From positions 1 to 64,000 of IMG/VR virus record IMGVR_UViG_3300025849_000025: a stretch of 64,000 nt of DNA; one strand, given 5' to 3'. The DNA comes from a virus. Under the pieces are notes generated by a model, which searched no databases, was not told the origin of the DNA, and was given only the letters and a program-made list of their open reading frames with translations. Of the stretch, positions 21,291-32,001 are shown piece after piece. The translations under genes and the position numbers were made by a program. Each line of letters starts with the position of its first letter. Position 1 is the first letter of the stretch.

Positions 21291-23528
21291 TTATACTACG
21301 TCAGCTTTGAGGTTAACTGTATCTACAGAAATAGTAGTTCTATCTGATGAGTATTTAATTGCTACGTCTGGTTGGTTCGGACCCACGATCTCAGGTCCAC
21401 CAATTAGTTGGTCTTCTTTCTTAGAAACATAGAACCTATGTCCCAAACCAACTTCTGCTTTCTTCTTGTAAACGAACCTACCAAAAAGTCTCGTACCAGC
21501 AAGGTGGACGTTCTTTTTAAGAGTTTCTTCGTATACGCTAAGATCAACCGTGGATAAAATTTCATATGAGAATTCTTGGTATAGATTACTGTCGTGTATT
21601 TTATTGCGAGAGTCGTAATATTTACCGTCTTTGTAACCGTTGATATGACTTGTTTCGCTACCCCAGAAACCTGCTGTAATGCCTTGAGAATCAGCTTTGA
21701 GTGTGCCTCTTGCTTGTTTCTCGCCAGCATCGTTTACAAGGAAAACAGTTTCGCCATCTAGGTAACCAAACCCAGAATTGTTAACCTTAACTGCCGAAAT
21801 TCTTCCTGTGGCAAACTGCGTTTTCGATCTCATATCCGCATTAGCGCCAAATGCTTCTGATGTGTAATCTCTTTCAGATGCCGTGACACTATAGCTAGTA
21901 CCCTTGTGTTGAATAGGAGTTGTTTCAAAACCATAATAAGCATAAGGTCTGACTTTAATAAAAGAACGATCTGTATCGATGCCTGTGATAACACCATTCA
22001 CTCCACTGTCAGATTGTGATATTGCATCACCAACAGAGAACGAAGCACTAAGAACTGGCATGATTAGAATTTGCTCATATCTATCAAATGCAATCATAAC
22101 TGGATCGCGCACTAACGAGAACACGTCGTTTGTATAGTCTTCGCCTGGGTTGACGTTCACAAATGAATCAATAGTACCAATTTCAAATGGCGAGAGGTTG
22201 AATGCTTGATTTAAAGGTGTGCTTAAATTAACTGGATCAGCCGTGCCGCTCATTGTTGCTGTTGCTGGGGGATCGTTATAATTCGTTGCATCAATTGCAA
22301 CTGACAAAAATGGTGACATCAAATCAGTAATTAGATTAACAGTTTCAATATTGGAAAGGCTCTCTACCTTAACATCAGTGTCTAAAGTAGTGTCTGGATA
22401 CAAATCACCTGGAGAGCTATTGTTCTTTGCAGAAACTGTGTAGATGCCGCTGATAGTCACGTTTGGTGTTCTATCTAATGTAGTAATAGCTCTGCTAATA
22501 TTAAACTCATCCCCATCATCCATCTTAATACCAACGGCTGATGCGTTCTGACCAATTACTGTACCTATGTTGCCACCAGTGTCAGTAAGTCTTTCCATGT
22601 TTGTAAAGCTAAAGTCTGGGTTGTCCAACACAAGAACTTGATTAGAGACTTCTAGTCTAGTATTCTGTATCGTATAACCAAAGCCCCCATCTGTCAATGT
22701 GTAATCAACGATGCCTGTAAATTCGTCTTCGGTATCAGTTACGATAACTTTACCGCCATTACCATATTCACTTTCAATAGAGAATTGATCACCGATAGCA
22801 TTACCTGTCGTACCACCATAATCCAAGTCGATGTGCATTGCCGAAGCAGAACCATTCAAAACACCAAACGAAATGTCTTGACCATCAATTCTAGCCATGA
22901 TATTATCGTACTTGGCAAACATACCTCTTACGTTAGTAAGATAGAGGATTGGAGTTAGTGTTCCGTTTAATAGAATGAAGTTAATCTTATCTACAGCCGC
23001 CTTAGCATTTGACGTAGAACCTACAATATTCTTAGCTAATAGATCACTGTACTGGTAATAGACATCATCATCTCTTCCATAGAAAACCCCACTATTAGGA
23101 ACCATCTGAAGATATGTACCAGTCTGCCATTTAGAGTCGGATGGTTTCAAAACAAATTGTGCTGGATTGTTGATCTCAACATCTTCGTCATAAAAAAGTC
23201 TAAAGAATATAATGATACCACTCTCAGAACCTTTTCTTCTGTAAAGGTCTAAGATGTTCTTAACTACAATTCTTACACTAGAGTCTTCGAGCATTGGAAG
23301 ATCGCTCAAGAACTTCTTCTGGAAGAAAATAATCATACTATTAAGAGTAGTCGAAATATCTCTATATTCAAACATACGTCTTGAGTTGTAGATACCCTGA
23401 TTAGGTGTAGTTTCTAAGAACTCATAGTAGTCCTGTACAAGCTGAACCAACTCAGCATTTTCCTCACGATATATCGCAGGAAACTGTTGAGGTATCTTAA
23501 ATGCTATTTTCTTTTCGATTTCTGACAT
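21291..23528 (-). CDS. Baseplate wedge initiator gp7-like
   Basis: LYRRKGSESG..FFRLFY, IHDSNLYQEFSY and VHLAGTRLFG motifs; downstream of gp6. Confidence 0.75.
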   Translation of the reverse strand: MSEIEKKIAFKIPQQFPAIYREENAELVQLVQDYYEFLETTPNQGIYNSRRMFEYRDISTTLNSMIIFFQKKFLSDLPMLEDSSVRIVVKNILDLYRRKGSESGIIIFFRLFYDEDVEINNPAQFVLKPSDSKWQTGTYLQMVPNSGVFYGRDDDVYYQYSDLLAKNIVGSTSNAKAAVDKINFILLNGTLTPILYLTNVRGMFAKYDNIMARIDGQDISFGVLNGSASAMHIDLDYGGTTGNAIGDQFSIESEYGNGGKVIVTDTEDEFTGIVDYTLTDGGFGYTIQNTRLEVSNQVLVLDNPDFSFTNMERLTDTGGNIGTVIGQNASAVGIKMDDGDEFNISRAITTLDRTPNVTISGIYTVSAKNNSSPGDLYPDTTLDTDVKVESLSNIETVNLITDLMSPFLSVAIDATNYNDPPATATMSGTADPVNLSTPLNQAFNLSPFEIGTIDSFVNVNPGEDYTNDVFSLVRDPVMIAFDRYEQILIMPVLSASFSVGDAISQSDSGVNGVITGIDTDRSFIKVRPYAYYGFETTPIQHKGTSYSVTASERDYTSEAFGANADMRSKTQFATGRISAVKVNNSGFGYLDGETVFLVNDAGEKQARGTLKADSQGITAGFWGSETSHINGYKDGKYYDSRNKIHDSNLYQEFSYEILSTVDLSVYEETLKKNVHLAGTRLFGRFVYKKKAEVGLGHRFYVSKKEDQLIGGPEIVGPNQPDVAIKYSSDRTTISVDTVNLKADVV

Positions 23529-25318
23529 TATTTCATCTCAATTAGATTGATTGTTACGTCTGTGTCTTTCACAGTAAATATTCTACCATTCGGGGCAGTA
23601 ATATCGTTCTTTACTGTACTAGCCATGAATTTAATACCAGAACCAGTATATCCGTCTGTGATGAAGCCCACCAAGTTGACTTCTCCTGTATCGTAGTCTA
23701 CAGTACCAATAGAAGGCTTAACCACTTTAGGGTTAGCAACATCACTCGTAATGATTTGAATTTTGCCAACACCATCATCTTGCAAGTAAACATTTGATCC
23801 GTTATACGAGAATACACCAGTTTTAATTGCTGGTTTGTATGTCTCAAATCCTCTTTCCTCATCAAAAGGATAAGGTTTGATCAACTTAGCAACAAATTTA
23901 AATGTTGGATTTAGAGATACGTTAGTTGCTGGAGAGTATTCGATGTAAGGCATTACAGAAATGTCGTTACTTGTCACAGAAATGTCGATATTGTCTATTG
24001 CCGCTGAAAGGGCAGAAACTCTTAACTGAGTATTGAAGTCATCAAGATACTGTGTGTTATAATCCGCAATGGCATTTCTCGCTAGTGTTTCGATGTCACC
24101 AGAAGACTTGCGTGTTAGCTTAGGATTGTAATACAAGTCAACAACCGCACAACCATACATGAATTTAGTTGCAACGAATATAGGTTCAATTGCAAGTGGA
24201 CTTCTTTCTCTAAGATATTCAATATATGTATTTGAAAGTGTGTTAGAAAGACTTTCTTGTCCTTGTCCAAGGTATACAGAAATAGCAACCTTACCAAACT
24301 TTGGTGGGTCAAGGTCTTCACCGCCATAAGCCGCAACTGCTTGGATTTCTGGGAATTGTGTTTTCAAAAGAATTTCGTAATCAGATGTTGTAACCGCACG
24401 TTCTTGAATTTGCAAACTTTTGGGGGCAAAGTATCTAATGCTTTCGATGCTTTCTCTCTCAGCACCACCAGCAGCATTTTGCGTGGTTGTCACTACGGCA
24501 CTACCGAAGCTAGTAGCCATTGAGAATGACTTAGCACCGTTACCTTCAGTACCAGAAGTAATTCTGTATCTTACTCTAATGTCCTCAAACTCTTCTGGTT
24601 GGAAGCCAAAAACATTGTTTCCGAAATAAATTGTATAACGACCATCGTAATATGGTTCGATGTAGAATACTTTATCTGTTGCCCCAACACCAAAGATGTC
24701 ATTCTTACGCAAGAATACGTTTTCGTTTTCTGTAGCTTCAGCGTCAACAAACACTGCAATGGATTCTGTGTCAGAATTTTCATTCGAGAGTACCACACGT
24801 AGGATACCATCTTCGTCAACAAAGAAGCCTTCACGTTCGAAACTCGCCAACATTTGACCTTCAAAGATTTCTACGTTCTCTGCTACGAATGTATTAGGCG
24901 CAGTTTTCTTAGCAACATATGCTTGATTAGTAACAAACTCAAAGTTTTCACCATTGTGTATGGTTGTAAATGGCTGATACTGTGGTATCGTAATAGATTG
25001 TCCTGTCGCTGTCGAATCTGTGAATGTAACTGCCACAACAGCTTTTGCTGATCTTCGGCTTCGTGGAAGGTAGTTCAATTCTTTGGCATGTGAAACAACA
25101 GAGTTGCGCATCACGGCAGAGTCAAGGAACATCTCGTTAATTGCCATGTTGGTATAGAAGTTGTTTTGGAATGTGTTGTAAGCCAAGACGTCAAGCATCA
25201 CAGACATGTTCGACCCATCGAAGTTATAGTCTTTGAACTGTGTCTGAGTTTGCAGATAATCTTTGAATTGTTCCTTTACTGCTTCAAAGTCTAATTCTGA
25301 AATGTTTAGCTTAACCAT
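23528..25318 (-). CDS. gp6: Baseplate wedge subunit gp6
   Basis: ELDFEAVK, FKDYNFDGS, NEMFLDSA, QERAVTTSDY motifs. Confidence 0.92.
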   Translation of the reverse strand: MVKLNISELDFEAVKEQFKDYLQTQTQFKDYNFDGSNMSVMLDVLAYNTFQNNFYTNMAINEMFLDSAVMRNSVVSHAKELNYLPRSRRSAKAVVAVTFTDSTATGQSITIPQYQPFTTIHNGENFEFVTNQAYVAKKTAPNTFVAENVEIFEGQMLASFEREGFFVDEDGILRVVLSNENSDTESIAVFVDAEATENENVFLRKNDIFGVGATDKVFYIEPYYDGRYTIYFGNNVFGFQPEEFEDIRVRYRITSGTEGNGAKSFSMATSFGSAVVTTTQNAAGGAERESIESIRYFAPKSLQIQERAVTTSDYEILLKTQFPEIQAVAAYGGEDLDPPKFGKVAISVYLGQGQESLSNTLSNTYIEYLRERSPLAIEPIFVATKFMYGCAVVDLYYNPKLTRKSSGDIETLARNAIADYNTQYLDDFNTQLRVSALSAAIDNIDISVTSNDISVMPYIEYSPATNVSLNPTFKFVAKLIKPYPFDEERGFETYKPAIKTGVFSYNGSNVYLQDDGVGKIQIITSDVANPKVVKPSIGTVDYDTGEVNLVGFITDGYTGSGIKFMASTVKNDITAPNGRIFTVKDTDVTINLIEMK

Positions 25319-25735
25319 TTATCTGGTCCTCTCTAAAAATACATCAACTGATATAGGTTGTTGATTATTTAAAATATAAAATTGAATTCTAATTCTGACT
25401 ACATTATCGTCTAGGTTTGACGAAACTTCCACATCAATTATCTCTGCCCTTGGTTCGTGCAACTCAAGGGTTGTGCGTACTTGGTCTTCGATTAGAGTCA
25501 AAACTCCTGGAGTGATGTTCTCGAACAACATAGCTCTAAGATTGCCGCCAATTGTTGGTTGCATAAGTCTTTCGCCACGATCAGTGAGAAGAATGTTTCG
25601 TATAGATTCCTTAACACTATCTTCATCTTTGAATACTGTTAAGTCTTGAGACAATGGGCTGATCTCAAGGTCTTTCTTGAAATCAGAATAAATTGAAATC
25701 TTCTTCTGTCTATTTGATATTAAATTTACTACCAT
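25319..25735 (-). CDS. gp25: Baseplate wedge subunit gp25 (GPW/gp25 family)
   Basis: SIRNILLTDRGERLMQPTIGG...HEPRAEI; likely start at MVVNL overlapping the upstream stop. Confidence 0.9.
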   Translation of the reverse strand: MVVNLISNRQKKISIYSDFKKDLEISPLSQDLTVFKDEDSVKESIRNILLTDRGERLMQPTIGGNLRAMLFENITPGVLTLIEDQVRTTLELHEPRAEIIDVEVSSNLDDNVVRIRIQFYILNNQQPISVDVFLERTR

Positions 25736-27453
25736 CTTGTTCCCCAAGTTCTCGCATCACTTTGCGCTCTCCAATCTAAGTGGATGAAATTCTTGCTACG
25801 ATAGTATCCGAAACTAGTAAATCCTATTTTCCTACCTTCATTCACCAAGTCGGTTCGCATTTGTCTAGTCCAACTACTAACGCCAATATCTACAGCTTTG
25901 CCCAACAAATGTTGAGAATGTAGCGCAACGCCAGGATATTTTTTTATATCTCTCAAATACCTTTGGTATTTTTCATTTCTATAAAGGCTGTTTATTCTAA
26001 ACGAACCAAACCCTGGGTGCAATTCATTCATTCTTTTATTCAGTCTCAAAATATATATCTTTGTCGTCATAGTATGTTCACCACCAGTCCAACCCAAGGA
26101 GCCAAGAATTGGTTCACTTTCGCCTGGCCAAATATTGCGCACCCAACCACCAACTGGATTGAATACAGGATGGTTATTGTTTTTAATCTCATCCCAAGTT
26201 GGTATGTACTCTCTACCATAACCTTCTTGCGAGGCTATCCAGTCTGGCACTTGCATTGGCGGTGGTCGTGTCGCGTCAGTTTCAAGATCGACATCAGGAA
26301 GTGAAGTCGTAACAATATCGTCATTTGGTGCTGTCCACACGTCATATGCTTCTCTTGTTCTTCTAGCTCTTTCTTCATCACTAAACCTAATACCACCAGC
26401 CTCAACTATTCTACTAGTTACTTGACCAGTAGCAGACCTGATTGTGTTGCGCGCAGTTTCGTATTCATCTGCAATGGCATCAAGAGGAGATTTAACTCCT
26501 TTAATAATAGCTTCTACACCAGCAGCAAAACCACAAATACGTGCCATCAAAAACATGATCTCTTCTAAGGATGGGTTATCAAACAAACCAACTGCATAAT
26601 CAATCATACCTTTTAGTTTAGATTGTATTTTATTTAAATTCTCTTCAGAAAAAAATCTACCAATCTGGTCTTTAACTGCTTCAACTTTACCGACAATCTT
26701 GTCTTGAATAAAGCTTTCTACATTACCCATAATGTCAGCCATATTAAAGTTTTGTATGGCGTCCTTGATCTTATTTATAGTACCCATAACCGCATCAGTT
26801 ATTTTCTTTTTAATTGCTTCTATGAGAGCCTTTACTTTAATTGCTTCAAACAAAGCTTTGAGTGGGTCTTCGATGTTCCTAATTTTAGAGATGAAACTAA
26901 GAGCATCACCAATAAGACCCTCAACTTGACCAATAATAATAAAGAAACCGCCTATTGCGCCAAATACGTTGGGCATTAATGAACAAAATCCACCCAGAAC
27001 AGAATCTGCATAACTTCCTCTGTAGAAGTCATCAAGCTCTCTTAAAAACTTAGGGGGATTTTGATTTGCAGAGAAGTTAGCTGATATGGGCGAATAGTTA
27101 TATTCTTTAAGAAACTGTGCAAATTCAATTTGAGATATTGGACCATTTAAAATTCTTGTTTGGAGCAATGTATAATTTTGAATATTCGCAGTCACGAAGG
27201 TATTCGTGTTGATGGTATTGTTTATTAGGTTTAGGTTATCCGCAAATGTGTCGCCGTATTTATTAACCGCCAAGACAATAGGATTACTTTCAGAATCAGC
27301 AACTATATTTTTTGCGAACGAATTTTCAAAAACTTCAATTTGGGATAAAGTGAGTTCACCATTAGAATTAGCCAACGCCTGAGGCGAGGCTTTAAACACC
27401 TTTTCTTCATCTGGACTTAAACACCAATCACGATTGGTTAAGTTCTTTTCCAT
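25729..27453 (-). CDS. Baseplate-associated protein with C-terminal peptidase M15 (Zn peptidoglycan peptidase) domain
   Basis: SLYRN...SQHLLGKAVDI...FIHLD M15 motifs after a long helical region. Confidence 0.8.
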   Translation of the reverse strand: MEKNLTNRDWCLSPDEEKVFKASPQALANSNGELTLSQIEVFENSFAKNIVADSESNPIVLAVNKYGDTFADNLNLINNTINTNTFVTANIQNYTLLQTRILNGPISQIEFAQFLKEYNYSPISANFSANQNPPKFLRELDDFYRGSYADSVLGGFCSLMPNVFGAIGGFFIIIGQVEGLIGDALSFISKIRNIEDPLKALFEAIKVKALIEAIKKKITDAVMGTINKIKDAIQNFNMADIMGNVESFIQDKIVGKVEAVKDQIGRFFSEENLNKIQSKLKGMIDYAVGLFDNPSLEEIMFLMARICGFAAGVEAIIKGVKSPLDAIADEYETARNTIRSATGQVTSRIVEAGGIRFSDEERARRTREAYDVWTAPNDDIVTTSLPDVDLETDATRPPPMQVPDWIASQEGYGREYIPTWDEIKNNNHPVFNPVGGWVRNIWPGESEPILGSLGWTGGEHTMTTKIYILRLNKRMNELHPGFGSFRINSLYRNEKYQRYLRDIKKYPGVALHSQHLLGKAVDIGVSSWTRQMRTDLVNEGRKIGFTSFGYYRSKNFIHLDWRAQSDARTWGTRW

Positions 27454-27490
27454 TACTGCTTTCCCTAGTCTCTGTTACTTATATTTATCA

Positions 27491-28885
27491 TCAAACAAGC
27501 GTCCCACCATCATCAGAACCATCATCTTGTGATGCAATTCCTTCGCCACTAGCAGAAGGAAGGTCTGCGGGGGCTACATCTGTACTTAATGTCACTGGTT
27601 CTGGTGCTTCCACCTTACTTGCACCCTTAGAAGCCTCAGCGGTTGCAATGTCGCCATCAGCATGTGCGGTATCTGCTCCACCCTCAGCCATGCGAACAAC
27701 ATCATCCACGTAAACAGTTGTTCCTCTAACAGACAACTTACCGTCCGAACCAAGTGTTAGTACACCACCTCTCATATCAGTAGTGCCTGTACCAATGATA
27801 TTAAGATCAGCCGACTTGATGTTCATTTCTGTCGTGGCAAACAAATTCATGTTATTGCCCTTGACATTCATATTTTGTGTTGCTTCTGCCCAAACGAATG
27901 GTGCTTTGGCGTACCAACCAATACCAGCCTCAGTCTGTAGTTCTTTCTCAGCTTTAATCGACATAGTACCCACATTAGCTTCCATCTTAACATCAGCACC
28001 ACGAATTTGTACTTGGTTGCCTGCTTGCAGTGTCGATTGACCACCAACAGAAAGGAGATGATTGCCATGTACTAACTGTTGAAAGTCGCCATTTATCTCT
28101 TCGATTTTATTGCCGTTTACATGTACGTAGCTGTTGCCGTTAATTGTAACTGTACTCATGCCACCAACAACTACGTGTTGGTTCCTATCGTTTACTTCAT
28201 ACTTATCACTAACTGATTTATCTGTTTTTGTACCCTGACTATCTACTTGAACATAAGACCCCGACGTGTGCCAGATCATAATTCTCTCAGAACCAGGGGT
28301 GCTATCTATTTCAATCGAGTTTGCACCAGAATGAATAACTCTGTTAAATCCATATGTTGCGTTGTATGCTGTTGGGGGTTCTGACCACGTTCTTGAATCA
28401 CTATCATCTCCACCAACTCTCACATCTCTAGTACGCATAGTTTGCTGTTGCAGAACATAAGTCTCATCAATGTACTCGCCACGAACAAGTCTGTGCTGTT
28501 GAGGTTGACCAAAACTTTCTGGGTCTGAACCTTCTGCACGTAATGCGGCATTATCTCTTGGTAACGCACCCCATCCATCCACCTCAGGGTTCATAACTTT
28601 AGTCATCTGTGATGGTATCACACCAATTATCATTGGCTGTTGTGCGCCACGTCCATCAATGAAGAAACCAAATACCCAAGAGTTTGTCTTTGGCACAATA
28701 TTAACGTCGTAACCGCCGTGGATACATATAGCCCAAGGTAAGTCCTCTGTAGCAACATCCCTATTAGTTCCATGAATACCAAAGGCTCTTACTTTAACCC
28801 GACCCTCTTTACGTGGATCATCATTATCTTCGATAACCCCAACAAACCATAATGGGTCTTTAATTCCTAATCCATAATCAGACAT
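27491..28885 (-). CDS. gp5: Baseplate hub/spike gp5 (OB fold plus beta-helix, no lysozyme domain)
   Basis: WFVGVIEDNDDP..EGRVKVRAFGIH, DLPWA, GFFIDG..AQQPMIIG, IEIDSTPGSERI. Confidence 0.9.
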   Translation of the reverse strand: MSDYGLGIKDPLWFVGVIEDNDDPRKEGRVKVRAFGIHGTNRDVATEDLPWAICIHGGYDVNIVPKTNSWVFGFFIDGRGAQQPMIIGVIPSQMTKVMNPEVDGWGALPRDNAALRAEGSDPESFGQPQQHRLVRGEYIDETYVLQQQTMRTRDVRVGGDDSDSRTWSEPPTAYNATYGFNRVIHSGANSIEIDSTPGSERIMIWHTSGSYVQVDSQGTKTDKSVSDKYEVNDRNQHVVVGGMSTVTINGNSYVHVNGNKIEEINGDFQQLVHGNHLLSVGGQSTLQAGNQVQIRGADVKMEANVGTMSIKAEKELQTEAGIGWYAKAPFVWAEATQNMNVKGNNMNLFATTEMNIKSADLNIIGTGTTDMRGGVLTLGSDGKLSVRGTTVYVDDVVRMAEGGADTAHADGDIATAEASKGASKVEAPEPVTLSTDVAPADLPSASGEGIASQDDGSDDGGTLV

Positions 28886-30263
28886 CTACTTCACCTTTAC
28901 TCCAATCAAACTTAACTAATGTAAGCGTTGCATTTAATACATTTTCATCATCACGTATATGTCGAGTTGTCTCTACCATGTATCTACCACTAAGAGTCGC
29001 ATTTCTTGATAGATTGCTGATACCATCCAAAGACTTAATGTCTAAATTTACGATCATTCCTGGCATAATGTCTATTCTACCTTTCATGGAACAACTCACT
29101 ATAGTGGCGTGAAGGTGTTCGTGATATGAAAGTCTGTTTGAAATGATTTGTGGCATATACCTATCTGTATGCAAAGAACTAGGTATATCTCCAACTTGTT
29201 GGTAATCTTTGAATACAGTAAAATCTCTTGCGTTTTCTTCAGTAAATGTGTCTTCTCTGAATTGTGCTGTATGTGGGTTATCAGCAAGATTGCGTGGATT
29301 TCCCGACATGTCGATATAGCTTGCATCTTTAGAATAATCGAATTCATTCATGACTACCTGTCTTCTCACCAGATCAAGTTCCATAACTCTATTTTTGTAA
29401 CCACCTGAGAATATATCAGAAGCAGTATCAATTCCCTTAGAGACAATTCTTATCTCTTCAACCCTATTTGTTTGATCAGTAGGTTTAGTGCCATCAACTG
29501 ATGAAGCTGGGGCATAAAATAGATTAACAAGGTCTTTTCTCTGGGCAGTCTTAATGAAGTATTCATCCGACGCAAAATAAAAGTTCTTTAGTGTCTCGAA
29601 AAATTTAAACGAGTTTGAAGGTGTCTCTGGTTGGTATGCTTGCGTATATAGGAAATGCATAGCTTCAGTTGGTATCATATTTGGGATGACACATTTTACC
29701 ATGTTTGCCGTGGGCTGAACAAAGAGACTTCTATCTGGCTCTTCAGAAATAGTATGCCTTGCAGTAGCAAACTCAAGGGTTCTGTTATTATCGTCCAAAT
29801 ATCTAGTGTTACCCAAACTTGCAAAATATGTATTGAAAACTTTTTTGCTAATATCACTAATGGAACTTTGGTAAGCTTTAGTAATCTTTCTTTTGGATGC
29901 GTTGTAAGAAATATTAGAAACGAAATTGATGTCATATATCACTTGACCAGAACTCTCACTGGCTTGGATGTTGTCAATTCTGAATATGTGAGTTTTCATA
30001 TTGACTTCAGTGTTTAAATCATATCCCTTGATTTTAAGATCAAGTGTTTCTTCTGATCTCAATGGAAAGGTTTCGAGTAGACCAATGCTATCTTGCACAG
30101 TAATAGAACCATAATAGCTCATTGAGTTCATAGATTGATTAATCTCGAACTTAGTCACCATCTGTGCTATATCTGTTTTCTTATTTCCAGAATGCGAAGT
30201 TATAACTGCGTTTAAAACTTCACAGACTGATGGAGCAAAATCGCCACTACCAGTTCCTGCCAT
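28878..30263 (-). CDS. Baseplate hub / tail protein (gp27-like)
   Basis: Position between gp53 and gp5; FKFFET and LSGRYMV motifs. Confidence 0.65.
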   Translation of the reverse strand: MAGTGSGDFAPSVCEVLNAVITSHSGNKKTDIAQMVTKFEINQSMNSMSYYGSITVQDSIGLLETFPLRSEETLDLKIKGYDLNTEVNMKTHIFRIDNIQASESSGQVIYDINFVSNISYNASKRKITKAYQSSISDISKKVFNTYFASLGNTRYLDDNNRTLEFATARHTISEEPDRSLFVQPTANMVKCVIPNMIPTEAMHFLYTQAYQPETPSNSFKFFETLKNFYFASDEYFIKTAQRKDLVNLFYAPASSVDGTKPTDQTNRVEEIRIVSKGIDTASDIFSGGYKNRVMELDLVRRQVVMNEFDYSKDASYIDMSGNPRNLADNPHTAQFREDTFTEENARDFTVFKDYQQVGDIPSSLHTDRYMPQIISNRLSYHEHLHATIVSCSMKGRIDIMPGMIVNLDIKSLDGISNLSRNATLSGRYMVETTRHIRDDENVLNATLTLVKFDWSKGEVDV

Positions 30264-30520
30264 TATCTATTACCCATTTTCTTGATGAAGTTAGCAGATA
30301 TTTGTGGCAAGAATTGGTTATCAACTAAGAATATCTCTTTCTTATTATTGTTATCCGCGAGTTCTTGGTCGTAGATTTTCCAAGGCTTCCACTCATCTGG
30401 AATAATTCTTTTAATAATAATTTTACGACCTTGCTCAGTACGCAAGATAATACGATCCTCTTTACGAAGATAGATTGTTCTGAAGGATTCTGGGGCTAGT
30501 TTTACAATATCTACTGCCAT
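30263..30520 (-). CDS. Probable C-terminal part of a split gp53
   Basis: IYDQELADNNNKKEIFLV resembles the gp53 C-terminal YE.E.N..KR.I motif; in frame with the upstream gp53 ORF and has its own GAGG SD. Confidence 0.65.
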   Translation of the reverse strand: MAVDIVKLAPESFRTIYLRKEDRIILRTEQGRKIIIKRIIPDEWKPWKIYDQELADNNNKKEIFLVDNQFLPQISANFIKKMGNR

Positions 30521-30523
30521 GTC

Positions 30524-30898
30524 TTAAACCTCTTTATAATAATAAATGATGTTTTCATCATTATCGTCTCTAGTCCAGTCAACAATATCTTCGCCAACCA
30601 AACCTGATTGTTCACCATACTTATCGATCAGATAGTTATTAAAATCTGCTTCTGATTTAGGCCACTCGTGATATGGATCAGTTATGTTATTAGAATGATA
30701 TACCAACCATGTGTAATCAGTAGACCCATAATAGAACTCAGCAATATCTTCTGGTCTTTGACCTTCTTTAATGGTGTAAGGCAAATGTAGAAGTGGGTTT
30801 GTAGAAACTTCTTTGGTAAAGCTACTTCTACGTGTAATGTCACGTACTAGCCTACCTTCGTAATTTATCAAAGGAAATTGTTCAAAATATTTAGCCAT
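30524..30898 (-). CDS. gp53: Baseplate wedge gp53 (N-terminal LysM-like part)
   Basis: YFEQFP, YTIKEGQRPEDIAEFYYG..YTWLV..NNITDPYHEWP. Confidence 0.88.
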   Translation of the reverse strand: MAKYFEQFPLINYEGRLVRDITRRSSFTKEVSTNPLLHLPYTIKEGQRPEDIAEFYYGSTDYTWLVYHSNNITDPYHEWPKSEADFNNYLIDKYGEQSGLVGEDIVDWTRDDNDENIIYYYKEV

Positions 30899-31919
30899 TT
30901 TCGCTACCTCTACCGCCTGTTGATTGTCCCCTCAGAACCGATTGTTGTATTTCGTTAGACCCTACGCCATAATCATGTGCGGTTTCGATTTCTAGTTCTT
31001 GGAATGATAATTGGATTTGAACTCCTGCTGGCTTACCACCCTTCATGATAGCAACGCCACCACCAGAACCATAGTCAACAGTAAATTGAGTTACCATAGA
31101 TGTTTTAAATTTAATGAAATGGTCTTCATTAACACCAAGCAAATACAGATCAACTGTAGATGGGTATTGTAGGAAAGCTTTGGGTATGCCTGCCAAATCA
31201 GTGACTGTAGGCAAAGAATTCTTTTTGATCATACCAACAATGTTGCGGATACGCTCTGAGTCAGTAGCATTATTTGGATACAATTCCCAAGAAAACTGAT
31301 GACTTCTCAAATTGACACCCTCAAAGGCAAGAGTTTCACGTGGGTTCAATGTTTGGTTCGTAGCAATATCAACAGACTTCCCTACTGTACCAGACATCAA
31401 TGGACTATTTCGCAATAGATACTGAGCGCCTGATGCAACATCTTTAATGGAAGTACCCAAAAATTGACTTGCGACGTTACTAAGACCACCACCAACATTT
31501 CCACCAGATAAAGCACTCATCAAACCAGCACCTGTTGATTGTATCAAACCAGGGACATCTCCAACATCACCACCAGCAGAGAAAGATGCTAGTTTACTTG
31601 CAATTGTCTCTGTGAAGGGATCACGTTCAAAACCATTTATTCTCAAATCAGTTCCATCTGTAAGTTGTTTTGGAAACGGCAGTTCGATAGAATTAGAAGA
31701 CCTTAAACCTACGCCAGATGCTCTTCCAGAACGTGTGACGCCAGTTGCTTCTCGCCTGTTAAATCCGTTTTGAAGCTTGGCATAGTCGTATTTTTTAAAC
31801 ACCATCAACATGCTATGTGGATGGGGTTGTGCTGGGAATGATTGGTATGAAGTCTTACTTTGACCAGCTTGGCGTCTTTCGAACACTTCTGGTCTATTAT
31901 GTTTTGTGCCGCCGAACAT
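30891..31919 (-). CDS. gp48: Baseplate tail-tube cap gp48-like
   Basis: NPRETLAFEGVNLRSHQFSWELYP, FLQYP and LSFQELE motifs. Confidence 0.8.
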   Translation of the reverse strand: MFGGTKHNRPEVFERRQAGQSKTSYQSFPAQPHPHSMLMVFKKYDYAKLQNGFNRREATGVTRSGRASGVGLRSSNSIELPFPKQLTDGTDLRINGFERDPFTETIASKLASFSAGGDVGDVPGLIQSTGAGLMSALSGGNVGGGLSNVASQFLGTSIKDVASGAQYLLRNSPLMSGTVGKSVDIATNQTLNPRETLAFEGVNLRSHQFSWELYPNNATDSERIRNIVGMIKKNSLPTVTDLAGIPKAFLQYPSTVDLYLLGVNEDHFIKFKTSMVTQFTVDYGSGGGVAIMKGGKPAGVQIQLSFQELEIETAHDYGVGSNEIQQSVLRGQSTGGRGSENG

Positions 31920-31941
31920 TGAGAATCCCTGCCTATTTTCT

Positions 31942-31972
31942 TATAAATACTACATGTATAAGTCTATTTATA
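31942..31972. promoter_or_regulatory. Pair of opposed T4 late promoters (TATAAATA on + at 31942-31949 and on - at 31965-31972)
   Basis: Two exact consensus copies in the strand-switch gap between gp48 and gp4. Confidence 0.8.
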
Positions 31973-32001
31973 TTAAATCGAGAGGTTAATTTTATTATAT
32001 A

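Noticed and set aside
30521-30526. Stop-codon reassignment to explain the in-frame TAA in gp53
   Set aside because: TAA, TAG and TGA all terminate well-conserved genes at expected lengths elsewhere in the window.
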